Assembly: GCA_963799845.1 (NCBI GenBank)
Contig: CAWCYI010000004.1
Location: 2,016,001-2,080,000 of the forward strand
DNA from: an uncultured Nitrososphaerota archaeon
GTDB lineage: Archaea; Thermoproteota; Nitrososphaeria; Nitrososphaerales; CADDZS01
DNA: 64,000 nucleotides
Direction of reading: 5' to 3'
The position numbers and the translations under genes are program-made. Of this stretch, positions 9,766-19,738 are shown piece after piece (the first letter of the stretch is position 1; every line of letters begins with the position of its first letter). A model generated the notes under the pieces. It was not told where the DNA came from. It was given only the letters and a program-made list of their open reading frames with translations, and did no database searches.

Positions 9766-10155
9766 ATGGAAAAGTCCTCAAAGCGAGTCATAGGTGTCGT
9801 CGGCATCGCACTACTCCTGGCGTTAGCTTTCCTGTTCCTCAACATCTGGGGGCTTCTGCTCATTGCGATAGGCGCAGTGTTCGGAGCTAGGAAGTGGGGA
9901 TACAAAGGATCAGCACTTTCAACGTTGGTCCTATTCATCATAGGATTCGGCATCTTCGCCCTAAGTGTCGCCATCACATCGCTCGCTGCAACGCCTTTAC
10001 TGGCATGGTTCTCCGTGAGTGGAGTGTTCCTGAATTGGTTCCACGCGGCGGTCGCTGTACTGCTCGTGCTGGTACTGACCTTCGGGATCGTTCTCAGCTT
10101 CAGATTCAACTATGTCGGCTATTGGTTCGGCAAACAATACTTGAAAGCAATGTAA
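9766..10155 (+). CDS. Hydrophobic multi-pass membrane protein
   Basis: 129 aa, 3-4 TM segments. Confidence 0.75.
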   Translation: MEKSSKRVIGVVGIALLLALAFLFLNIWGLLLIAIGAVFGARKWGYKGSALSTLVLFIIGFGIFALSVAITSLAATPLLAWFSVSGVFLNWFHAAVAVLLVLVLTFGIVLSFRFNYVGYWFGKQYLKAM

Positions 10156-10198
10156 CAGCCTCGTCGCAGCGAACCCGATAAGGCTACCTTTCTTTTTT

Positions 10199-13100
10199 CT
10201 ACCATTTTGCTACAACGGCATCATTGCCCTTAGTGTCGAGTGCGAATTCTTTCTCGACCTGTTCCTTCGCCACTTCGCCAACGTCAGCTTCCCGCCAAAC
10301 CCCAGGATTTTTCACGATGAGTTTTTCCAGAGGCGTATTGGTCCGCTTGCAGTAGATTGTGTAGATGGCCTCGTTTTCTTTAGAGACGATCTGCGGCATG
10401 AAAGGTGGGGGCATCGGTTGGATCAAATTGATTTCGTGGTTCAGCCGATTGTACCAGAACATCAGGTGCTTCGCTTGCTTCCTCTGGAAAATCTTGCTCA
10501 TCGTCATCTGCCTGACGATTTCTTTGTCCTCGTCGTCCGCAGCGAAAGTTGCCAGAAGATTTTCCAGCGGAGATTCAGAGTCCGTGCGATCACTCGTGAG
10601 GCCGCGCCAGAAAGTATTCGCAGCCAGCCGCCTGACCTGTGGGGAAATTTCGCGGGTTAGCTGGGTCGCAACGTCCATCGCCATCCCGAAACGCCTCGCA
10701 GACCTGACACCTTTCTCGATCTGATTTCTCATCTGGACGTTCTCGCGCATCGAGGGATTGTTAGTACCTGCATCCGCAGCCTCGTCCAGAATGGATCGCA
10801 TAGGCAACTGCGTATGCTTCATCTTCCATGCGAGGGCAGAGTACCAGACGTTGATCGCGTTCCGCAGCTCCATATCTACGGGTTTGTGGGTCTTGTCATC
10901 TGTCCACTGCCGCCCGAGGTTTCGGACCGCTATGATCCCCGCTGCCCTGTCGTAACCAAACTCGGGCCCTTCCGCGATAGCTTTCAACTCGTTCAAACAA
11001 TCGGGAATATCAATCGCGAAATTTTCGTACTTCTCGACTTTGATTATCCGGTCATACTTGGTCATCACTTCACCATTCAGCACGTCCAGATTGTCTACAA
11101 TGTTCAGGATCAAGACGGGAACGCCCTGTGGCGGTATCTCGACTTCCTCGGCGCAGAATTTGTACGAGATGTTGCCAGGCATATTCATGTACGGCATGAA
11201 GGCCAGTGTCGGCCAGTTCGACGTTTCAGAAAGCGGGATCAGTACCGGGGCTTTGTGTTCGATAACAGTCTGGGCTGCGAGACGCGAAAGAATCGTAGAT
11301 TTTCCTGAATTGTGAACGATGAGTCCACAGCTCAGGACGTCACTGTTTGTTCCTGGTACATGTAAGTCAAAAGTGTCGGCCTCACCAACTCTTTCAATGG
11401 AGAGGATAGTAGCACTTGCGAGATTCTTGCAGGTCCAGCTCGAATATCCGTCTCGGTAAGTGTTATCGGATAGAGTCCAGCCATTCGCAAAAGTATCAAA
11501 CGTTCCTCGTCCCGTTGTGAATCCTGATGCCAGCGATCCCCATTCGCTTCGATTACGAAAATGGAATTCTTGATCCGAGATTCTGGAAATAAGAATCTGC
11601 CCGCTACGTGTACGCACTTGTTCCAATCCCATTCCAAGTTCATCATGTCGAGGACACGCGATACGTCGCGATGACGGCAACCGATATTTCGGCAAATGAT
11701 AGTGATCCTCTTTTTGGGAGTCAGTTTCTCCCGAATAGTTCTGGCGCAAGTTCGGCTGCAAAAACGGCGTTTGCTTGCGACGGGCTGGAAGGTTCCCTTT
11801 AGACAGTCGGGGTTCTCGCATTTCTTTGGTGGCGCGCGCGCGCATACGAGTTTCTTTGCCAAAGGCGGCTATTCGATCTCCAACATTCAGATTTTCAAGT
11901 GTCTGCCATTGCCCACCCAACTGCAAGAATTTGTGATCTGCGGTCGCGAGGACGATGCCGCTGCTTGTGGTCAGGCGATAAAGCATTTGTCGCTTGTTTT
12001 GAATTGGGATTGCTGATCTGAAAGCAAAGCTACCGTCTCTTTCCAGGGAGAGAACTTTCAGATCCTTTTGCCCCATAACGTCAGCAATTCTCCGTGGACC
12101 CGAGATTGTCTCGATTTGTGTCTCTGCGGACAAGCATCCGGGGTCGCCCGCGAAAAACGAGACTACTGCATATTGAGGACTAGGCATGTAGCGAAAATCG
12201 TAATCAAAGTACGCCTGAACAGTTCCAGTGAGTTCTCCGCTTCGCCAGAAATCTTGATCGATTGTCTGGAAAATAGCGTCGCCTCGGAAGCCGTCCTGAA
12301 TCCGTTGCTTCGATTCATCCGTATCTCCGACCTTATCCCAGATAATTTGCAGAGGTTCGGAGTATTCCACTTCTGCCCTAAACTTGTTGATCAGCGGCCC
12401 CTCGGTTAGAGCCATCATCTCTCCGAAAACTTGGTGGATCTGTTCCCACTCCGCGCCGAACTGAACTTTGTGATACTCTTTCAGCCAGCCGATACACTGC
12501 ACGTTGCTGGCTACTCGAAACAGATCCTGAATGTTGAAGTACCGCTTTGATCCGCCAATTTTGTCAATCGGTGTTTTCAAATCCAGCCCATTGTAAGCCG
12601 CGTAAATCATCAGTTGCAAGATCGCTTTCTCGTCGATGCTCGTGTTTTGCTCTCCGCGAATTGTCTCGAAGTGGAGATCTGAAAGGTAGCGTCGGTACTC
12701 CAAGTTGGAAATCTGAAAATGCTTCCAGCCGTAAGCCTCGTTCACGTCATCCATCAATGTAATGAGTGTCATGTATGCAGCAGCGTAAGCTTTCTCCATC
12801 GCCTCGTACGCGTACCATCCAGCCACGATAGCAGCGTCAGGTTCCACGCCCCTCATTGCAAACATTTCCTCAATTCTCGCGTAATCGTTCACGATTGCGT
12901 TTTCCAGCCTTTCGTACAAATCCTCGATGTTCAGGTTGAGGTCTGCGTAGTCGCTGGTCGCGATCCCCCGCCACGCCCTAGCGTTCCTATCTGAGACTTG
13001 CATCATGCGGTACTCGATGATCGTTTCGAGCTCTCGGGCATCCCGCTTTCTGCGGTTCTTCAAGTCGATTACTTGCAGCATGGTATTGTAGACACCGAGC

Positions 13101-13387
13101 GCGGCGTACATTTTCTCGCGCCATCCGAGAAAGGTCGCTAGACGCTTTTCGTGAACTTGAGCTCGGAAGGCAAATCGATTGAACTGCTCCAGTCCGTTGA
13201 ACCCGGCCATAATGCCCTTAATCTGCATCAAGAGGCCATATCGCTGATCGGCAATGCTGGTCGGATCAGCCTCCATCCTTTCCTGCGCGGCTTTTTGATC
13301 ATCCTCGAACTTCTGCGCCTCGTTCTGGAAAGTTTTCGCTACATTTTGCGGTGCGTATTCGTTGGAAACGCCAGAATCTTGAGCCAA
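10199..13387 (-). CDS. Large P-loop ATPase (FtsK/HerA-like; packaging or secretion type) with intein
   Basis: Spliced Walker A GDPG^SGKST, Walker B ILDEAAD, RSARRFG and VATQ motifs; long helical N-terminal region. Confidence 0.85.
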   Translation of the reverse strand: MAQDSGVSNEYAPQNVAKTFQNEAQKFEDDQKAAQERMEADPTSIADQRYGLLMQIKGIMAGFNGLEQFNRFAFRAQVHEKRLATFLGWREKMYAALGVYNTMLQVIDLKNRRKRDARELETIIEYRMMQVSDRNARAWRGIATSDYADLNLNIEDLYERLENAIVNDYARIEEMFAMRGVEPDAAIVAGWYAYEAMEKAYAAAYMTLITLMDDVNEAYGWKHFQISNLEYRRYLSDLHFETIRGEQNTSIDEKAILQLMIYAAYNGLDLKTPIDKIGGSKRYFNIQDLFRVASNVQCIGWLKEYHKVQFGAEWEQIHQVFGEMMALTEGPLINKFRAEVEYSEPLQIIWDKVGDTDESKQRIQDGFRGDAIFQTIDQDFWRSGELTGTVQAYFDYDFRYMPSPQYAVVSFFAGDPGCLSAETQIETISGPRRIADVMGQKDLKVLSLERDGSFAFRSAIPIQNKRQMLYRLTTSSGIVLATADHKFLQLGGQWQTLENLNVGDRIAAFGKETRMRARATKEMREPRLSKGNLPARRKQTPFLQPNLRQNYSGETDSQKEDHYHLPKYRLPSSRRIACPRHDELGMGLEQVRTRSGQILISRISDQEFHFRNRSEWGSLASGFTTGRGTFDTFANGWTLSDNTYRDGYSSWTCKNLASATILSIERVGEADTFDLHVPGTNSDVLSCGLIVHNSGKSTILSRLAAQTVIEHKAPVLIPLSETSNWPTLAFMPYMNMPGNISYKFCAEEVEIPPQGVPVLILNIVDNLDVLNGEVMTKYDRIIKVEKYENFAIDIPDCLNELKAIAEGPEFGYDRAAGIIAVRNLGRQWTDDKTHKPVDMELRNAINVWYSALAWKMKHTQLPMRSILDEAADAGTNNPSMRENVQMRNQIEKGVRSARRFGMAMDVATQLTREISPQVRRLAANTFWRGLTSDRTDSESPLENLLATFAADDEDKEIVRQMTMSKIFQRKQAKHLMFWYNRLNHEINLIQPMPPPFMPQIVSKENEAIYTIYCKRTNTPLEKLIVKNPGVWREADVGEVAKEQVEKEFALDTKGNDAVVAKW
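11309..12136 (-). mobile_element. Intein (276 aa) with no in-frame nuclease
   Basis: Starts CLSAET, block B ATADHKF, ends FDLHVPG...IVHN followed by Ser. Confidence 0.9.
11332..11862 (-). CDS. Zn-finger plus Vsr/DUF559-like (PD-(D/E)xK) endonuclease overprinted inside the intein
   Basis: CENPDC...RRFCSRTC, then VIEANGDRWH...RDEER...LRMAGLYPITLTETDI; different frame on the same strand, fully nested. Confidence 0.75.
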   Translation of the reverse strand: MAKKLVCARAPPKKCENPDCLKGTFQPVASKRRFCSRTCARTIREKLTPKKRITIICRNIGCRHRDVSRVLDMMNLEWDWNKCVHVAGRFLFPESRIKNSIFVIEANGDRWHQDSQRDEERLILLRMAGLYPITLTETDIRAGPARISQVLLSSPLKELVRPTLLTYMYQEQTVTS

Positions 13388-13524
13388 AAGTCGTCCTCAG
13401 CACAAAAAGGTAGTAGAAATGTTGGGCGGATGCTCTCCCCGGATCACCATCGAGGAAGCTACGGCGGCGTAACTGCAATCCTAGCGCGCGCGCTAAAGTG
13501 TCGTACATTTGCATTTTACTTTAG

Positions 13525-13995
13525 GTGGAACGTACGGAAACTGAAACAAAAGGAATAGCTGAGCTTGAAGAGATCAATCCCGCACCGCCCGCTGCAAAGC
13601 GACTGGCGGTCGACTTTCGCGCAGACAACTATCTGCGTGACAAGATAGAGTATTTCAAGAAGGTTCTCTGCCGACTCAGAGGAACCGATGAGAGTGCTAC
13701 CAGCGAGATAACCGATTCCGTGATCCTGAAAGGAGTAACTGACTTTGGGATCAGCTTTTTTGACGGTCTTGAAAGAGAGACGGCGAAGAAGCATGGAAAC
13801 TTCCGTCGCACAATCTATCATTATTGGTTCACCGCAGAGTCTTGGAAAGGCCACGGACTTACCTGGAAGGATTCGGCTAAACGCGCCGCCCTCGATTTCG
13901 ATGAAAGGACATTAGGGAAGGTCGCAAAGGAAGCACTCACGCAGCTCGGTCGTTCAGATGTTTTCAGGGAACCCGAGCCGTCCGCGTCCCAATAG
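13525..13995 (+). CDS. Possible ribbon-helix-helix-like DNA-binding protein
   Basis: 'LAVDFRADNYLRDKIE...ITDSVILK' pattern; first gene of the divergent plus-strand operon. Confidence 0.45.
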   Translation: MERTETETKGIAELEEINPAPPAAKRLAVDFRADNYLRDKIEYFKKVLCRLRGTDESATSEITDSVILKGVTDFGISFFDGLERETAKKHGNFRRTIYHYWFTAESWKGHGLTWKDSAKRAALDFDERTLGKVAKEALTQLGRSDVFREPEPSASQ

Positions 13996-14010
13996 AGGAC
14001 TGTCTGCAAA

Positions 14011-14835
14011 TTGAAAGCAGAACGGGCAGTGTCGATAATCTGCCTTCTCATAGTTTCCTTTAGCTTTCTCGGCATCGCGGAAACACACGTCGAGGCGGCA
14101 GGCGGACAATTTGGAAATTCTACGAACAGCAGCTCCGTAAATTCCACGAGTACCGCATTTTCGGCCATCCCCAATAACACAGTCTCGGCGATCATAACAA
14201 CGACGACGAATTTCAGCCTGACAACTACCAACAGCAGTAGCGGATTCCAGAACGCGACCGTGGGATCGCAGTACGTCGTCGGCGTTGCCCCCCAAGTTAT
14301 CTATGGCGGTTTCAGCCCAGCTACATTCGTCGTGAATTTCTTCCACACGGGAGTGATCAATACGAGCGTGGACGCGCTTAACAGCGGCCTCTACACCTAT
14401 TTGGCTCAGAACGGCAATCCCACGTCCTCGATCAGTTTCAATCTGAATTCGTCCGACACTTACATCATCTTCATTCAAATTACGTACCCGTATGCCATCA
14501 GTTCTAATCTGACTTGGCGACTCACGGATCCGGGGCAGTTTCCCTCGGGCGGGTCCGAAGGTTTCGTGAAAACCAATATCATTGATTTGGAATTTCAGAT
14601 CAGCTTGCTCGAATACTTTTCAATTCCCTCGGCTGCTCAGATCGCCAACGCCACGGTCTTTGCCGAGCATGATTATCTGGATGAGCAAGTTGTGGATCTT
14701 CACAACGAAGAATTGAATTTCGAGCAGACGACCAACATGATTGTCTTTTGGGATAATATCGGAGTGATCATTGCGGTTATAATCACCGTAATTGCTGCAA
14801 TCTTCATGTACAGGCAGGCGAATAAGATCCGATGA
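14011..14835 (+). CDS. Secreted protein with signal peptide and C-terminal membrane anchor
   Basis: N-terminal signal, Ser/Thr/Asn-rich region, C-terminal TM. Confidence 0.8.
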   Translation: MKAERAVSIICLLIVSFSFLGIAETHVEAAGGQFGNSTNSSSVNSTSTAFSAIPNNTVSAIITTTTNFSLTTTNSSSGFQNATVGSQYVVGVAPQVIYGGFSPATFVVNFFHTGVINTSVDALNSGLYTYLAQNGNPTSSISFNLNSSDTYIIFIQITYPYAISSNLTWRLTDPGQFPSGGSEGFVKTNIIDLEFQISLLEYFSIPSAAQIANATVFAEHDYLDEQVVDLHNEELNFEQTTNMIVFWDNIGVIIAVIITVIAAIFMYRQANKIR

Positions 14836-15882
14836 TAACTCCACTCGCCGTTAGCGTCGGAACAATCGCGACCAGCATAGTAGAAATTTTTGTAATCCTG
14901 GTGGTCATCGCTGTTGGATTTCTTTTCATCTTCCGAGACATTAGACCAGCTTGGAGAGAAGGCACAGCACTTGGGGCTTTCAAGATCTTTCTTCGGACCA
15001 GCGATGGGATCGACGATGTATCTACTAGCTGCGTTGATCTAACCTTCCAGATCAAACATGCTGGCGGGGCCGTCCTAAAGATGTTGTCCAGTGTAGTTAG
15101 ATCCAAAAACTTCGAGGTCGATGATGCTCAAAGACGGGAATTCCTCGCATTGATCCTCAGCTACCAATCCTGCGGATTTCATAGGCGATGGAAATTTTCA
15201 ATGGGCTTTGGTCGGCCTCAAATCTTTCCTTTCGAGGAAGCGAGCTCTTTGGTGTCTCCTGGAAAAGGACAGGACTTTCGGATCATATGCCCGCCCCTCA
15301 TCAAAGAGGAACTATTCCTGGGGTGGACTCATCACAAGAAATATCATCGACGGTGATTTCGTTCCGATCCCTTTCCCACTAGATCTGGGAAACATTGGTG
15401 CAGATATTTACTCGGGGTTCTTCATTCCCACGTCCGTTATCCACAGCCAGAAAGCGGACATGGCCAGGGCAAGCATAGAAAAAATGACGACGCTTTACGC
15501 ACAATTTTTCAGCCTGCTTTCTACTGCACAGCCATCGGCCCAGCTGATCGAATCGAAGGACAAATACATCGCTGACCTGGAAGCTCTTAGACGACAGGAT
15601 CAGGAAACAATCGCGGGTCTGTCTGCAAAGGGAATTGCCGACACTTACACAGGAAAGGGCTTAGTCAAACTTTCTGGCGGTGCAGGCAAAACCCCCATTG
15701 TCAGAGGACAGAGGCAGTGGCTCACGTATCTGCTGATCTGGTTGATACCAATGATTGCCGTGGGAATCGCTGCGGCCGTTGCACCAAAATCATCGATCTT
15801 TGCTTTCGTGGGCCTAGTCAGCTGCCCTTCCAGTGATCACCATGATCCTGAGCATACGGAGATGAAAATTTGTCCGCACTAA
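14832..15882 (+). CDS. Membrane protein, probably one gene with frameshift(s)
   Basis: Overlapping ORFs 14832-15356 and 15208-15882; N-terminal TM, coiled coil, C-terminal TMs. Confidence 0.55.
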
Positions 15883-16877
15883 CGAGCATCCGCCTCTTAC
15901 GGGAAATTGAAGCGATCACCAGCCGACGCAAAACACACCAAGACAAATTCGAGGCTCTAATAAAATTCGTGAACGACGACGCGCAATTTCTGAAAGACAC
16001 TGGCGAGAAATTCTCTCAAACGGTGGGAGATTGGTCGCCCTTTGTCATCGAACCCACGGTCGGAGCTTTCTTCAACGCACAGATCCAGAATCAGACACCA
16101 GCTCTGATCACCCCCTCGGGTCAAGCCGCGCTGTTGCCTCAAACAATCATGCAGCAGCAGCAGCCGCTAAATCTCCAAAATGGTGTCGGAGCTAACGCGG
16201 GGAAAGTTGCGAAATTTCTCTCGGGGTGGCAACAGGTCATCATCGCTTGCGTGGTTCTCGTTTGCATAACTATCATCGTGTCTGCTCTAGTAATTTACAA
16301 ACTGATCAATCCGATTCTCGGTCTGGAAATTGCAGTACTTGTAATTGGGATCACCATCGGCCTCATCTTCGTCGCGCCAATCGTGATCAAGTTTCTGGAC
16401 AGGAAAGAGCTTCAAGAGATCGAGACTAAAATCGAGCCGACGATGCGGGATATGTTCCGCGATATGGACGACACTTACATTACGGGAGTCTTTCTCACGA
16501 AGTATTTGGCGGGTTCAAAGAACGCCGAGCAGATCACAGTACAGGTAAAGAAATCGATAGCGAGAGAGTTACAGGACGTTCTACACGCAAGTATCGTTCC
16601 GATTGATCCGTCAGCCGCGCCCCAAAATCAGACAGGAATGTATCAGGTAACTTTCACCGCGTACTCTGCGATAACCGCGATGAAAGACGAGCTCCTGACA
16701 AGTGTTCCCAAACAGGCGCAGGTAATCTTCCGTGGTTACATTTTGGATCTGGCGCGGCAGATCTATTTCATTTCAGACCGATCGTACTCTCAATTACTCG
16801 AAGCAAACAAGCTCAGCGCGAAGGAAGTTGCCACGGGCCTCTCAAGCAAAGGGATCAACTCGGACGTAGCAGGGTGA
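15870..16877 (+). CDS. Two-TM membrane protein with helical domains
   Basis: 335 aa with a central hydrophobic hairpin. Confidence 0.75.
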   Translation: MSALTSIRLLREIEAITSRRKTHQDKFEALIKFVNDDAQFLKDTGEKFSQTVGDWSPFVIEPTVGAFFNAQIQNQTPALITPSGQAALLPQTIMQQQQPLNLQNGVGANAGKVAKFLSGWQQVIIACVVLVCITIIVSALVIYKLINPILGLEIAVLVIGITIGLIFVAPIVIKFLDRKELQEIETKIEPTMRDMFRDMDDTYITGVFLTKYLAGSKNAEQITVQVKKSIARELQDVLHASIVPIDPSAAPQNQTGMYQVTFTAYSAITAMKDELLTSVPKQAQVIFRGYILDLARQIYFISDRSYSQLLEANKLSAKEVATGLSSKGINSDVAG

Positions 16878-16881
16878 TAGA

Positions 16882-18294
16882 TTGTCTGGAATAACTAATT
16901 TCGTCCACTCTAATCTTGCTGCTATGGTCGAGGTCATAGTGCTGATCTGGATCGTAGCTATGGTCATCTTGTTCTATTTGTATTGGAAGAAGGGTCGTCT
17001 TGAGGGAATAGGCAAAGACGTGAGGGCCATCGAGCAGAAGGTAACCGCTGCAACGGGGAAGATCTTTTGCCCCAAATGTGGAAAGCAGATGGATATGGCG
17101 AAGCCATGCGAGAGTTGTGGATACGACCTGAAAAATCCACCGACGACAGGGCAGACAGAAGCTCCAATGATCACTGCCGCCACTTCTCCAACATCAGAGA
17201 TAGACCTTGGCCACGGTTTCAAGATCAGAGGACATGGCGGGTTCATCGACAATCTGCAAGAGGCTCTACTATCGCCCTCACTCGCTAGTTTGAAGAATAA
17301 CGGCAACGGAACGAAAGAACATGCTATACCACAGACTACGATGAAGGATCCATCACCACCAACACCGTCAGTGACGATCAAGAAAGATGAGCCGACTTTG
17401 GATCAGCTCGTCGATCAAAGAATCGCAACATTGCCGAGCATGGACACGGGTAAGCTGATCGCTCTAAAGACCGAGTTAGACACTCAAGTAGAAACGTATC
17501 AGTCTGCTGTATCGGAGCTGAACATGGAGCTCGGACCATATCGACGGCTACAAAAGGCGACCACGCGAAATCTGATCACAAATCTTGTGAAAGACGGGGC
17601 AATAGACCTGAACGCAAATCCAGAGCTAAAGAGTTTGATCAACGCACCACCCGAAGGTTCGCAGATTATCGACACGTCGAAAGCTTTGCCATCTGATCAT
17701 CCTGTTCTAACGCCACAGCCCGCACTCGCAGCAACAGCTCCCCCAAAGCCTCAGCCGCCACCCGAACCTGAACCGGCTAAGTCAGAGCCAAACGGTCCAG
17801 AGCCAACCAATCCAGAAGATATGGGACACACCGATCCGAATCCAGAACAGCAACATGAAAGTATTCAGAAAGAGCCTGCTATCGAATCCCCGTCAGGAGA
17901 GCCGACTGAGCTGGGTAATACTACCCCTATTACAAACGTGAAGAAAACCGCAAAGGCCGGTCGGTCCAGAAAACGAAAGAGGCAAGAACAAGTACCACCC
18001 GAGGAACCAAAGGATACAGAACCAAAGGATGAACCACCGACACATGAAACTGCCCTAAGTTCAGGATCCAGCCAGCAGTTAGTTGTGCAGACTTATCTAA
18101 ATGAGCAACCGACGAAGGAAGAAACTCAATCAGAGGAATCTGAGGAAGCAGAGTCCGCGTCAGAACACGGTGAGGAATTTGCAGATACGGGATTCTTCGT
18201 AAGCCAGCACTCTGACCCAGAGGAAGGTAACACTGAGGAAGATACTGATGAAGAATCTAGCAACGGCAACAGCGAGGACGAAGATGGCTCTTAA
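16882..18294 (+). CDS. Membrane-anchored Zn-ribbon/coiled-coil protein with Pro-rich and acidic tail
   Basis: TM, CPKCG...CESCG, PPKPQPPPEPEP, Glu/Asp-rich C-terminus. Confidence 0.8.
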   Translation: MSGITNFVHSNLAAMVEVIVLIWIVAMVILFYLYWKKGRLEGIGKDVRAIEQKVTAATGKIFCPKCGKQMDMAKPCESCGYDLKNPPTTGQTEAPMITAATSPTSEIDLGHGFKIRGHGGFIDNLQEALLSPSLASLKNNGNGTKEHAIPQTTMKDPSPPTPSVTIKKDEPTLDQLVDQRIATLPSMDTGKLIALKTELDTQVETYQSAVSELNMELGPYRRLQKATTRNLITNLVKDGAIDLNANPELKSLINAPPEGSQIIDTSKALPSDHPVLTPQPALAATAPPKPQPPPEPEPAKSEPNGPEPTNPEDMGHTDPNPEQQHESIQKEPAIESPSGEPTELGNTTPITNVKKTAKAGRSRKRKRQEQVPPEEPKDTEPKDEPPTHETALSSGSSQQLVVQTYLNEQPTKEETQSEESEEAESASEHGEEFADTGFFVSQHSDPEEGNTEEDTDEESSNGNSEDEDGS

Positions 18295-18362
18295 CGGCCG
18301 ATCTTTAAGGTAAGAGTCCAGATTATCGGCCTTTAACAAATAAAGCGAGCGTCGGAAAGTCG

Positions 18363-18689
18363 TCAGCCAACGGCTGGAAGCTGGTTTGCCAGCATCCGAC
18401 CTAATTTCTCGACGTGTTCAACGGTTATCTCGGGCAGCAGGATAGATCCGTAGGCTCTGTGCCGATCACGACCTTCGAGCATTGGAAAACGTCTGATTCT
18501 CCCACGGGCGTAGAGCCTGTTCACCGAATTCTGAGTCTGCCACCGAGTAGTGGATAACTCTTTCATTATTTCTGAGACACCCAAGTAGGCGAGTCCAGTT
18601 TTCTGATCTTCTTCCGTCAGGGCGCGAGCCTTTGAGTCGAGCAGCGCGAGGATTTTCTTCTGTGTGTGTCCTCGGCGGATCGCGCTCAT
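18363..18689 (-). CDS. Winged-helix DNA-binding protein
   Basis: 'VSEIMKELSTTRWQTQNSVNRLYARGRIRR' HTH pattern. Confidence 0.7.
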   Translation of the reverse strand: MSAIRRGHTQKKILALLDSKARALTEEDQKTGLAYLGVSEIMKELSTTRWQTQNSVNRLYARGRIRRFPMLEGRDRHRAYGSILLPEITVEHVEKLGRMLANQLPAVG

Positions 18690-19726
18690 TTGCTAACGAT
18701 CTGTTCCTCGCGCTCGTACATTTCTTTGATAGCTCGCGCCACGTCGAGCTTTTCTAAAAACTCGATCCGTTCCCTCAAGTCAGAGGACAATAGGTGCTTT
18801 CTCTCCGCGAGATATTCAACACACTTGCCAGCCTGTTTTCCGAGGAACGCTGGTGATGGCGGTTCGTCTTTTCTGGGCTTGGATCCGGATTTACCTTTCT
18901 CGCCCTCAGTCTCGCCCTGGGGAGCTTCGATCTGAGCAGGCTTGCCCATCCGCAGCCGTTTCCTGTTGATCACACTCGCTTTCGCAAAATCTGTAATCTC
19001 GGGCATCGGCTTGTTGTCGGCGATCATTTTCAAAAGTTCGAGGCGATCCGATTTGTCCTTCACTTGAGTAACAAGAGCTAGGTGCGGTTCTTTCATGTTC
19101 TTCACGATGTTGTTCCGAAGTTCCACCGCGTCTTTGATACCTTCCTGCTCGTCCAAAACTTCATCCATCGTTGCAGCGATCTGCAAACAAGTAGCAATGC
19201 GGTCCCGAGCTTTGTTGAAAAAGTCTGCGAGTCCAGGCACGTCGCATTTCAGAATCTTGCGCCCGATCATGTAGAGCTTTCCTTCTTCGTACATCTTGAG
19301 CTGTCGCCGCTGCAAGTTGTCGTCTGCCACGATTTTCATTACGACTAGCTGGCTGACGTTATCGAGGCATTGAAACTCTGCACTTTTGACCTCGGGCATG
19401 AACATCTTGATCGCGCTGCAACGCCTGTGTCCGGTAACTAACTCGTAATAGCCATCTTTCGCTTTTCTCGGATCGGAGTGAGGCACGATGATAGGGCGGG
19501 AGATCAGGCCATTCGCTCTAATGCTGTAAGCGAGCTCTTCCAACCCTTTGCGATCTTCGTAACCGAAAATTCGAGTCTGGTACTTGGACATTACAAGATG
19601 ATCCATGAACGCCGTTACGATATGCGAGTCGAAATTTCGGAGCTTCCCTGCGACCGTGATCTGATCATGCTTCTCGCTCGATGAAACGTGTTCGGGGTTT
19701 TGGCCTTCCTGTGCCGGCATTACCAT
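18686..19726 (-). CDS. ParB/Srx-family protein
   Basis: LEELAYSIRANGLISRPII, YELVTGHRR, DNLQRRQL motifs. Confidence 0.88.
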   Translation of the reverse strand: MVMPAQEGQNPEHVSSSEKHDQITVAGKLRNFDSHIVTAFMDHLVMSKYQTRIFGYEDRKGLEELAYSIRANGLISRPIIVPHSDPRKAKDGYYELVTGHRRCSAIKMFMPEVKSAEFQCLDNVSQLVVMKIVADDNLQRRQLKMYEEGKLYMIGRKILKCDVPGLADFFNKARDRIATCLQIAATMDEVLDEQEGIKDAVELRNNIVKNMKEPHLALVTQVKDKSDRLELLKMIADNKPMPEITDFAKASVINRKRLRMGKPAQIEAPQGETEGEKGKSGSKPRKDEPPSPAFLGKQAGKCVEYLAERKHLLSSDLRERIEFLEKLDVARAIKEMYEREEQIVSK

Positions 19727-19738
19727 TCTTTTCCACCA

